DNA of 64,000 nt, from NCBI GenBank assembly GCA_050273025.1, contig CP158635.1, positions 31,124,001-31,188,000 of the forward strand, read 5' to 3'. This DNA is from Cenococcum geophilum (taxonomy: Eukaryota). The notes under the pieces were generated by a model that saw only the letters and a list, made by a program, of their open reading frames with translations, did no database searches and was not told the origin of the DNA. Of the stretch, positions 40,658 to 52,600 are shown one piece after another. The translations under genes were made by a program, and so were the position numbers. Numbering within the stretch: the first letter of the stretch is position 1; the number at the start of each line of letters is the position of its first letter.

Positions 40658-40899
40658 CTATATAAAGCTCTATATAAAGCTCTACGCAAAGCTCTATATA
40701 AAGCTTTATACGAAGCTCTACCTATAAAGGCTCTGCATAAGGCTTTACGTAAAGCTTTACGTATAGAGGCTCTATACGAAGCTCCATATAATACATATTA
40801 CTATTAAGTCCCCGCTATATTCCTAATAGCCTATACATACCTCTGCCAAGTTACCCCTTAGTAGCTACCTTATTTTTTACCCTTCCTTATATCCTCCCT

Positions 40900-41890
40900 A
40901 CCTTAGGAGGCACTAGAACGGCAGCTAGTAGAAAACCATTACTAGAACTAGACGACTATTACTAAAATAAGATAATCGTCCTAGAGCCAGATAACCGTTT
41001 AAATAACTAGCCAGTAAACACTATAAACGATTTAATTAATCGATTGAATTAAACTAGAGCTTTAATATCGGCCTATCCCGAATCAAATTAAGGCCTTCTA
41101 GGGAGGCACCCTAGCCGACTACCGTTTAAATATATAGCCAGCGAACGGCTATAGAGAACAATTCGAATTAATTAGAGCCTTCGATTAGGCCAACTCCTCC
41201 CCTAAATTAAACTAAACACTAACGTAGGTAGGCAGGTAGGCAGGCAGGCAGGTAGGTAGGCAGGCAGGTAGGCAGGCAGGTAGGCAGGTAGGTAGGCAAG
41301 CAGGTAAGCAGGCAGGCAGGCAGGCAGGTAGGCAGGTAGGTAGGTAAATAGGTAGGTAGATAGGTAAGTAGGTAGGTAGGTAGATAGGCAGGTAGGCAGA
41401 TAGGTAGGTAGGTAGAAGAGGACCGTTGCTAGAACTAGAGACCGTTACTAAAACTAGACAACCGTCGCTAGAGCTAGACGATAATCGTTTAAACGACCAG
41501 CTGGCGAACACTACAATCAATTTAATCGATCGATTGAATCGAACTAGAGCCTTAATATTATCCTATTACCAAATTAAATCGAATTAAGGCCTCTTAGGGA
41601 GGCACCCTAGACGACTACTATTTAAACATATAGCCAGCGAACGCCTATAGAGAATGATTCGAATTAATACAATTAATTGTAATCGAATTAATACGATTAA
41701 TTGACTAATTAAATTAAGCAGAGCCTTTAATCGGGCCGACCTTTCCCCTAAATTATAGATATAGATAGGTAGGCATAAACAAGTAAGCATAATAGGTATA
41801 GATAGGTAGGTATAGACAGGTAGGCACAGACAGGTAAAACGGTTAGATAGGTAGGACAGGTAGGATAAGCAGGTAGGTAGGTACTAGGCT
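40900..41890 (+). repeat. Tandem duplication (~500 bp unit), each unit ending in an (AGGY)n microsatellite
   Basis: Blocks ctagaactaga...gggaggcaccctag...cccctaaatta occur twice; microsatellites at 41224-41415 and ~41760-41882. Confidence 0.85.
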
Positions 41891-42409
41891 TAGTTAGGAA
41901 ATTAGTATACAGCCGGCGGATTATTAGGAACACCGCTAATTAATAGTTTAGAGCCTTTGCAAGAGCCTTACCCCTTATTTCCTTAATTAATTGCTTAACG
42001 CCTGAGTAGATATAAACACAGACATAGATATAGGTGGTAGGTAGGAAGAATCGATTTAGATTATTTAAATTGCTTAAAGCATCGTGTATATAGAATAGGG
42101 CCTAAAATTAACCTAAATTATATATTTTAACTGCTATAAATACTAGAGTATTAATATACCTTATTTTGAAATCTAGAGTTTTAATTATTTTAATTATCCT
42201 AATTATCCTAATTGTTCTAATTGTCCTAATTGTCCTAATAGTCCTGATGGTCCTAGAGGTCCGTTTAGTCCGTTTAGTCTAGGCGGCCTCCTAATAGGCT
42301 CCTAATAGGAAACCAAGTATAAGGGTCTTCTAAAGATCCTAGCAGCCCTAACAAGAGCTATTAGGAGCCTATTAGTACTATTAGGAGGCATGAACATTTT
42401 CCTAATATT

Positions 42410-43272
42410 AACGTAGTAATATAGATAGTATCGGACAACGAGATGGGTAAGAGGGGATAGGAAAGACGGAGGAGCCTCCGGTATATATTAGTTAAGCAAT
42501 ATTACTAGCTATATTATAGCTGCCTAATCTCCTATACTTGTAGGCCTCCTCCCGTCTATAAATACTCCCTCTTCTATATTTTCCTCTCTTTTCTTCTTCC
42601 TTATAAGAGCTAGAGGTGCTCTAATACTCCTCCCTAATCCCTATTAAGGGATCTATTAGTTAATATAGCGATATAGATAGTATCTAATAAGGAGATAGAT
42701 AAGAGAGGAGATAGGAAGGACAAAGGGGTGTCTAGTAGGTGTTAGTTAAGTAACGTTAATGTCTATATTATGGCTGCCTAATCTCCTATTTATAGGCCTC
42801 CTCCTATTTATAAATACTTCCTCCTTTATACCTTCCTCTCTTTTTTTCTTCTTCTTTATAAGAGCTAGAGGTGCTTTAATACTCCTCCCTAGTCCCTACT
42901 AAGGGATCTATTAGTTAACGTAGCGATATAAATAGCATTTAATAAGGAAATAGGTAAGAGAGGAGATAGAAAGGACGGAGGGGCGTCTAGTAGGTGTTAG
43001 TTAAGCAATATTAATGTCTATATTATAGCTGCCTAATCTCCCGTTTATAGGCCTCCTCCTATTTATAAATACTCCCTCCTTTATACCTTCCTCTCTTCTT
43101 TTTTCTTCTTCCTTATAAGAGCTAGAGGCGCTTTAATACCCCTTTTTAGTCTCTATTAAGGGATCTATTAGTTAATATAGCGATATAGAGAGTATCGGAT
43201 AAGGAGATGGGTAAGAGAGGAGATAGGAAGGACGGAGGAACCTCCGGTAGGTATTAGTTAAGCAACGTTAAT
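42410..43272 (+). repeat. ~253-bp tandem array (~3.4 units)
   Basis: tataaatac anchors at 42557, 42809 and 43064. Confidence 0.92.
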
Positions 43273-44159
43273 AGCGGTTTTTATTACCTAAAAATTGCGT
43301 TATATAATGATATTTGGGAACGCAAATATATACTCCCGTCCTATACTTATACCACTACTAAATATTCCAGATTTTATACTCGGAGCTACTTATAATAGGT
43401 ATTTTTAGAAAATCTGCCAGTTTAAAGCTCTATAATTAAACGATATTAATATTTTATATAGGGGTCGTTAATTAAGCTCCTAGGATATAATTTTTAAAGT
43501 TTAATACCACACTAATATTATAACCTTCTTGTAGTGGCTAAGACACCCCTAATCTCCTCCCCCTCTTTCTCCCTCCTATTACTCGGCGCCGAGCTATTAC
43601 GTTATTGCTAAGCTATTGCGTTATTATACGTCCGAACTAGGTGGGTAATAATATAGTTACTTAATTATGTTAGACGTCTCTATATATAGTTATATCTCTT
43701 TCTATACGCGTATTTAATTAAGTTAGGGTAATAAACTTACTTTAATTCCAGCTATACGGCGATTTAGTTATTAGGTATTAAAAATATTTAGTATATAAAG
43801 CTTTAAATTAGAATTATACTCTACTATATTAGATCCTACGTAAAGGGCTCTATATTAAAGCTCTGCAGTTTAAATATATACTAGATTTATAACTAATATA
43901 ATCCTTAAGCCTAGCTTAAGTAGGGCGCCTTAGTTACTGTAGTAGATCCTTACCTAGTAGTAACTAAGGCGCCTTAATCTTCCTACTACTTTTAAATTAA
44001 GTAAAAGCTCTATATAGGGGGGTCCTAGGGAGTCTCCCTTTGGAAAACCTTATCTCTATATATATTAATTAAAGTCTATATAATAAAGCTCTAAAATTAA
44101 TTAGCTTATTATAAACTTGGGTTAAAATTTACGTTAGGGGATTAACGTTCTATATGTTA
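42410..44159 (+). repeat. Left arm of a long inverted repeat with 62698-64000
   Basis: 43820-44159 is the reverse complement of ~62698-63040; 43245-43335 matches ~63040-63130; the arrays match beyond that. Confidence 0.9.
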
Positions 44160-46378
44160 CCTACTATATTAGATAGCGCTGACTAACTATAGGGGTTATT
44201 TTAACCCTTACTTAGGTATATGCCCGGGATTAGGGGCTGCTAAGGCTAGCCTTTAGCTAGCCCTTGGTACCTCCTTATAAGCTCCTCGGGCTTACAGCCC
44301 TTCTATCCTCCTTATTGGTTCGTCTTCGTATAAAGCTATTACTATACTCCCTACCATATCGTCCTCTTCTATCAACTCTCCTTATAACTTATACTTGGCT
44401 TACCTACTCTCTACTATATACCTAGGTAATATGCCTTACACTAACCGCGTAGAGATTAATATCGCTAAGAATGCCTAACGCGCAGTATATTCTCGCTCTT
44501 ATATATACCATAAGGCCCATAAACATGTCTTTAGTATATAATCTATAGTATAAGGAGTTTAGGGTAAGAAGGATATAATACCCCCCCTTTCTTTTTCCCT
44601 TCTCTTCCTTTAAAAGCGTTGCGCCCTATAGCTAACGTGTTATTTAGCTCTAAGCTTTCTATAAATAGAAGTAGTATTATAATAGTAAATAGAGTATTAG
44701 TGTTGCCGTATTAGGAAATAGAGGCTTCCTTTTTAGGTAAAGCGCCTCACTTTTTAACTATGGCCCCACTAAGACTACCTCTTAACCTTAATTATAAAAG
44801 GCTGTTTCCCTTACTGCTTTTTATCTTATCTTCTATCTTTCTTTCCTTCTAATGCTGCGCCGCCCCCTTTTTTAACTGCTAGTCCCTAGTATAGTCGTAT
44901 TAAGGCATTTCTGGTATTTCTTAGCGCTTATATATATGATATAGATAGTTATAGCTCCTTTTTCTAATCTCTACCTCTAGTACTAATAGCCTTAACTATT
45001 TTTAAACCCTTTTAGCGCTACCTTTATCTGCTAAGCGCGTGCATATTCTTATAATCCTATTTTTTTTCTCTCTTTTGCCCTTTTTTCTCTTATACCTAAA
45101 TAACGCTTATCTATAGCCGTCCTATAAAAGGGGGTTAAAAGAAGTCCGTAGTTACTAGCCACGGCAGTACCGTTGTCTTATTTAGCTCTATCTGTATCTT
45201 TTACTTAACTAAAAAGTAATAAGTATACCGTATCGCCCCCTTTAAGGGCTTAAGCTAGTTTATATTATATTTATTTTAGCTAATATACGCAACTTAATTA
45301 CGCGCTCTTTTTTTTTACCTAGGATATACTATTAGTTAAACCGCCTACTTTAGTAATTACTAATGGCTAAAGCTACCTATATTATAACTAGTATATATAC
45401 TAAGCTATTTAGCGGGAAAGTAGCTAAAGATCGCTAATTTAAGTAACTACGCTATATTAGGCTATATTAGGCACTATTTAAATTAACAAAGTACGGAGTA
45501 CCGCTTAAGTGGCTATATATCTATATCTAACGGTATAATTATATTACTATAGATATTTTAAAGACGTTGTTTAATCTACTAGTTTAGAGCTAAGGAGCTA
45601 TTAGCTCTAGCTATTTTACTACTTAGTAGTAAAGCGGTAAAGGAGATAATTTAGCCTTCTAAGCTATAGGGCTATTATAAAAACTACTTAGATTAAATTA
45701 AAAGGTTATAGCTTTTAGGCGTATAATAGCTTATCGGCATGTTTATAAAGAAATATTTAATACTAGCTAGCTATATTAGGAGGGCGAGTATTACATAGTA
45801 CCCTATACAGTCCTTAACCTAGTATATTTATATATCTATATATAATTACCATGCAAGCTATAAATATATCTATTATTAGATAGTAAGTATTAAAGAGCCC
45901 CACTACTAATAAGGATACTACCTCCTTTTATTATAAATAGCTTATAACATATATATAGGCAGGACTTTATATCCTACTAATATAAGTAGCGTAGAAAATT
46001 AGTTGGATTGATATTATTAGGAAGTAAATAGATATATTAGCGCCGCCCTTTACTAAGGAATAAGGGTAAAGAATTTACGCTACCAATCTCCTAATAAGGG
46101 GCTAGATATAATGCCTATATTAGCTAAATATACTAGCTTAGACGGGCGGATATAGTTTAATTGCAATTTACTAAGGGTATTAATTAGGCGCTAGGAATTT
46201 AAGCCCTTATAAATAGTAATTTACTCTAGTCTATACTAAAGGCGTATATATTAAATGCTTTAATTTAATAAAAAAACTTAGAGTAATAAGTAAGGAGTAA
46301 TAGGCAAGAGCTAGTAGTAAAGGGAGGATTAATATATACTTAAAAGACTTTTAACTCCCCCTTAAAGATTTTAAACGC

Positions 46379-47705
46379 TATAAAGTAATAATAACTCTAA
46401 CGGTATTACGGCTTGTATAAATGCCTCTAAACCAAAGCTTGTAGAATGCTATATTACGAAGATACTAAGCTAAGGAGAAGGGAAAGAGGGTTGCTAAGAC
46501 CGATGTAAATAAATATATAGGGTGAGCCGCTAAGGCGCTAGCTCTGGGCGAGCCAATTATAGGTCGGTAGAATTTGGCAGAATTTGGTAGGTAACGTGCA
46601 ATAGCGCCATTACATTACCCCCCTCTTTAAAAGAAAGCCTGCCCTTAGGCTTAGTTAGAAATAGGGTAGTACTAGGCTTATAAAATATAAGATTATAAAA
46701 TATAAGATAAGGAAAAAAAGGGGAATATAAGTGCGTCTGGATTAAGTATAGAAGGCAATTATAGGTTAAGTGGAAGTATTAAGCTAGAAAGAGTAGCCGC
46801 TAAAAGTTTTAGTACAGATTTAACTAATTAAATAACTTTAACCGGCGGTTAAAGTTCCTAGATATTTAAATTTTTATAGTACTAGTAGAATATAGTAGAA
46901 TATAGCCTAATATAGCAGATAGCTATATTAGGGCTTTAGGGCATTCTTATCCCTATACTCCTCTAGTAGCTTATTATCTTTATTATACTAGTATTCCATC
47001 TACTTATCTAGGTACTTTAGTGGTCTAGATATATTAGGGTATTAGTTATAAAACTTTTTAAGCTTCTAGGGGCAGCCTATAAAGTTCCATATAGGGTACT
47101 AGATTAGGTTTAGGTTGTAGCCCTTCTATTAAATATAATATTTTAATATTCCCTTTACTATCTTATAGGCCAGTATTTTATTAACTTTTTATTTATTATT
47201 ACCGTTTACTTAAATTAGTAAGGGAGGCTTATTCTTTTATCCGGGTAATAGGTTATTTATAGCTTTTTATAGCTTATCTAGCGAGAAAATAGGGTATACC
47301 CTAATTAAATCCGGGAGCTTTACCTTATATAAGTTGCCTATCTTTTTAAGGACCTTATACGGCCCTACTATCTAATAGTCTAGCTTATAGCTAGGTTATT
47401 TAGTCTTCTAATTCCTTATTATAACCTAGACTATATTACTAGGGGCAAAGTTAGGCTCTTAATAGTGTTTATTTGCCTACTATTTTATTAATCTTTAGGC
47501 TTTTCCTAGGTTCTTATAGGCTACTATTTAGGCTTCCTTTAAGCGTTTAGCGTACTATTAGGCCTTGCTATAAAATAGCTTTTTTTATATAGTTTGGGGT
47601 TCTTTTGGCCTTTTCTAGTTAAAGCTTATATGGGGTAAGTATTCTATTTCTAGCTAAATTAGGGCAAACCCTACTGCTCACTATTATTCTTTATATAATA
47701 TCCCT
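46379..47705 (-). mobile_element. Truncated Ty3/Gypsy D: 3' LTR (~46379-46614), PPT, chromodomain and integrase C-terminus
   Basis: LTR ends ...gccattaca then ttacccccctcttt. De-RIP KY.VKWKGYN..P.WYP.WNFIGCP.KL.EF at ~47050-47145. No partner LTR; left LTR edge approximate. Confidence 0.75.
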
Positions 47706-47809
47706 TTTAGATAAGAAGTTACGGTGCTGTCAGTCTATTAGTTAGTGAGTCAGTTAGTTATAATTATTTAGTAGAAAAGTAGTTAGTAAGAAGAGAAAGA
47801 AAAGAATGT

Positions 47810-49370
47810 ATTATATATGGGAAACTGTATATCTATTAAGCCTATCTAAGTTATTAAAGACTTTAGGGCCATAGACTAATTTATATACCCTTAGAAAGCC
47901 CATACTCTCCTAAACTTATACCTAATCTAGATGTTAAGTCTAGTAGGCCAATTTACCCCACTATAATAGTATCCCTCTTTAATTCTAGAATAAAAAGTAT
48001 AGTATTTACCCTATTAGTAGTAATATCCTTAAAATATATTTAAGGGCTTAGTATACGTTTATTTATATTATATATCTTTATCCTTTCTCTTTCTTATATA
48101 CCTTACTACTACTTATCCTACCTCTAATAGCTTAGAGAGATTAACTAGGAGGCTATATACTAAACTCTAAGTACCGTGTTCTATAATCTTAAAGTCTATT
48201 TAGATTTTCTAGGTCTCTATCCTCTAGTTAAAAGGAGAAGTTAAGTTAGTAGTATCTATTATTATAGAATTTATATTATCCTATATAATATAGGTATTTT
48301 TACTAACTTCTATTTAGTCCTACTATATTTAATAGTTATTTTAGGGTATAGTCCTTAATACCTAATCTTCTTCTACTAGTTCTTAACCTACTAGTTCTAT
48401 AAAGTTTATTAAGATTAATCTAGAGAATTTACCTTTAGTCCTGCTCTACTATTAATAGAGACTTCTATCCTCTTACTAGTATCTCCTACTCTTCCTTTAT
48501 AGTATTTTCTTCTTTCCTTACTCGTATCTCCTATATTTATATTTCTTGCTTAAATATAAGCCTCTCTTGCTTAGCCTGTCGCTATCTCTCCTCTTTAAGC
48601 CTTTCCTACTTTATCCTTTCCCGTTCTAGCCTTTTCTGCTTAAGTCTCTTCTGCTTAAGTCTCTTCTAATTAAGTGTCTCTTGTTTAGCCTACTACTGCC
48701 TTTCCCGCTTAAGCCTCTTTCGCTTAAGTACCTATTTAAGGATCTATGCTTACCTATAAGTTGTGCTACTATTAATATTAGTGCGGTTTGGCTTTTAAAA
48801 AAAGGTAAGGTATATAGATCTTTGGACAAAGAATGACGTTATCTTATCGGCTTATACCCTATTAGTGTATAGCTTATCTAGAAATAGTAAAAGGTTATCT
48901 TATTTATAACTATAAGTTTTTAAAATCCTACATCTCTTTAATAACCTATTAGAATAATTAATATTAACTATAGCTCTTATTTCCTCCTCTATTATCTCTT
49001 AAGCGGCAGAAAAGAAATCTACTATTTACTCTATAAAACCCTTAAAGATAATAGGATTATATTACCAGCAGCTAGGTTTCCTAGCTTCCTATAAAGCTAT
49101 ATAGATAATTAGTAAGTAAGAGCGGCAAACTTATATAGGGTAGTCTTGCTTAGATTATTAGTTGGGTTCGCTAATAAATTATTCCTTATCTTTTACGCTG
49201 CGCCGGGACCTTAAGGTAATTATATATAGCACCTATTTATATCTATTAGCGTTTAAGGTCTACTTAATCTATAAGACTTCCCAGCCTAAATATAAACCTA
49301 GATTTGGACTCTTATATTATATATTAATCGGTCCACTAGTTTATATTAGAGAACCTTCACTATAGGGTAT
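47810..49370 (-). pseudogene. RIP-destroyed unknown gene with E/R/Q-rich coiled-coil repeats
   Basis: 15-bp repeats at 48630-48680 translate (de-RIP) as QKRLE-like units; possible intron near 49095-49130. Confidence 0.35.
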
Positions 49371-49640
49371 AAGATAAGAAGTCCTTACTTAATAGCTGTA
49401 TTGGTTATTTTACGTAGTTAGCTAGGCCTTATAGGTAATTAAGATCTTTAAAAAAACTAAAGAAAGAAGGGATTAAGTGGTTGGTGCAGATAAAGAGCAC
49501 TTTACTCTATATAACTTTATAATCTTACTTATTAAAATTACTAAAGATCTAGCTGCGCTATAACTAGGTATATAAAGCTCTAGTATCTACGCCGTATACT
49601 CTAGAAGTAGTAAGCTTTAATACTATTATAGTAGCTCTAT

Positions 49641-52600
49641 TGTAAGAGGCCAGCTTAATTAAAACGTATAATTATCTAATTAACAGTGTTACTGGTAAGT
49701 AGAAGGTAAGTCGAAGGTACGTTAAAGGTAAGTAGAAGGTAGAATAAGTTTTTATATATTAAAGGATAAATGCTTCTAACTACTTCTATTTAGAGACTAA
49801 TTACTAGTTCTTCTCTAAAGGGGAACTAGCTTCCTATATATTTCTTCTAAGACGCTAGTAAAACCTTTTGCCCCTAACCTGTTTAACTATATCTTTTAAA
49901 ATATAGATAGGATATAGATAAAACCTCCTACCGTCTTATTAGATATGTACCTCTTAGGGGATTCTGTTATAATTGCCTCCCCTTTTAGGGTGTTAGTCCT
50001 TTAAGACTTCGCCTCTACTAAGCTTTTATAGAGTTTCGGCTAAAACTACTAGGAAACCCTTAGTAGAAAGGTACTTTATAATGCGGCTTATTGCTAGCTC
50101 TTTACTAGCGCGGAACTTTATTTTATCTTTTATTCCTTTGCTCTTCTCCTACCCTAGCTCCTTATAGTGCTTTTATAATGGGATTTTAATAATAATAATA
50201 AAAATTTAGTGGGATTTACCTCTCTAATTTTAGGAATTTGTTGTAAATAAATCTGGAGGTTATTTAGTACGACGTATTAACTAACCACTATCCCCATTTA
50301 CCTAAATAGGTTTTAATAATAACATCTTTTATTTTAATTTCTTTCTGTTTATAAGTTGTTGTCTCTTACTTATCCTTCCATTAATAACACTATTCGTCTC
50401 GTTCTTAAATAGACTGTTTTTATTATATCTCGCCTTTTAGCTTCTGTATCTCTAGCCGCACTTCTATTACTGCCTCGTTATCTTTTTTTAACGCGTTTAT
50501 AAGTAATAGGATCCCTACCTTATCTTCTTATAATGATGCTAACTTCTTAGAGTATTCTCTTATAATAGCTCGTAGTCCTTTTACGCGTCCCTAAACCGGC
50601 GGCAGTGTCATTTCTTTTCTGGTAACGCCCTAGACAGCATTTATTACTCCTACAGTAGTTTCCCTAAAATGCTATTATCGCTATATTTATACTCTTATAT
50701 AGGATCCTTCCTACGTCTATAAGATGCCTTACTTTAGCAAAAATAAATCTAAGTGCTCCTATTGCCGTAGTAGGAGAAAGACCTATATTCCAGTATTTCC
50801 TATTCTATCCTATTCTAGATTTCGCTAATTATACTAAATCCCCGTTATTTATGTATATAAGACTTATAGGCTCTAACGCACTATTTAAGATTTCTGTTAA
50901 TATCCTAATAGTAATAGGCGGGGATAGAAGGTATCTTCCCTTACTTATAGACTCTTTAATTTAATAAGGGTTTCTACTGCTATGGAGATGTAATAATCTT
51001 AGATATATAGTGTTTAGGAGCGTATATGCAAACAGCTTGTCCTTATTAATAATAACATTCGTACTCTTATACGGGCTACTTTAGCTAGGTAAGTTTCTCT
51101 AGTAACTTACTTAGGAACTATGCTAACTCCTTTAGCTAACGTCTCTCTAATCCCTACTTAGACGCCGATTTAGAACCTAGGGATACTAAGGATAGCGATA
51201 AAGGTTAAGATAAACGTTCTTCTTACTAGTTTTCCGCCTATGCTAGTCCTTCCAGTACCTATTATTCTAAGAAGAATATTAGTAGAAGTGCTAATGCTTC
51301 TAGGGATAGAGAAGCTAATAATACCATTAATGATAACGTTAAGATAAAAGAGGAGGCTCCTATTACTGCTGCTAGTATTTAAGTTATTACCTAGCTCTTT
51401 TCTTCTTCTTATAGAATAGCTTTATATAGTGCTTCTTAGGTGCCTTTAGAATGCCCTATTATTGGGAATTAACTTTATACTTTAGGGATGCCTTTATTCT
51501 AAGCTTTGGTAACAATTCTTATAAAGGTAGTGCACTACTATAATCCCCATATATAATAAACGGGTAGCGTTTTTATAGGTGCTTTACAATTTTTTAAAAT
51601 TTTCGATTCTTTATAGGCTGTCCTTTTGCTCCTCTTTATATTATTAACTCTATTACGTATCTTTAGTGCTAGACCTAATACTCTCCTTTTATCCCTAGGG
51701 GGTCCTTCTAAATCCCTAAGGCCTTTTCTTATATTACTACTGCTTATTCTTAAACAGCGTCTTCTTTAGATAGTATCTCTAGTAGTTCTCCTATAGATCT
51801 TATAGGCTTCCCCTTATAGGGTTCTAGGATCCCTATTATAATAGTAAAACGTTTCCATTCTTAATACCTATACTTAACCTTATGGTTTTAATTTATAGGG
51901 TCTTCCCTATTATTTTATTTATAGTATATCCGGAACTGTTACTAAATCTTTACCTTTAGTCCTTAGGAAGGTTTTAATTGCTATATTGTATCCTAGCTAA
52001 AGGTACTTTTTAGGTTCCTAACTATTATATACCTAAAAGTATCCTTCCTAGTAAACCAAAAATTTGCGCTTTTTCTAAAGCTATCTTTGGTCTAGAATGT
52101 CTTCTATATTCTATTTTAGTTCCCTATTAATTTTGCTAGGTAGTAGCGGTTCCGCACTATCTTTTCTCCAATATAGCTCTAGTAAGGAAATATAAAATGT
52201 GGGATATATTAGATAAGATTTCGGTAATTCTAATTTATAGGCTTAGTTTCCTTTAGTTTTCTTAACTATCTTAAAGGGTCCGAGCTACTAGTAATCCAGC
52301 TTCTTCTTAATATGTTTTATTTGGATATTTTTTTTATAGATAGTAAGACTTCGTCTTCTATCTTAAATTCTTTTAGTATATATTTTTTATTATAGTACCT
52401 TTTTTATACGGCCTAGGCGTCTAGTAAGTGCTTTTTAAGTTCCTTTCTGCGAATTCTTATTTGCTTAATTCTTTCGGACGCCGCCGGTACCTCTCTTTTA
52501 GGAATAATATCCTTAACATTCTAGGGGTTATTTACTTTTACCCCAAATAATGCTTTATAAGGGGTTATTTTTATACTACTATAGATGCTTATGTTATACA

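Noticed and set aside
41212..41933. Minus-strand ORFs with LPAC/LPTY repeats
   Set aside because: Translations of (AGGY)n microsatellites.
42410..43272. CRISPR array or tandem TRIM (LTR-spacer-LTR) interpretation
   Set aside because: No unique spacers and a eukaryotic context. TGTC..GACA sub-termini can be drawn, but the array starts and ends mid-unit and no PPT abuts the putative LTR.
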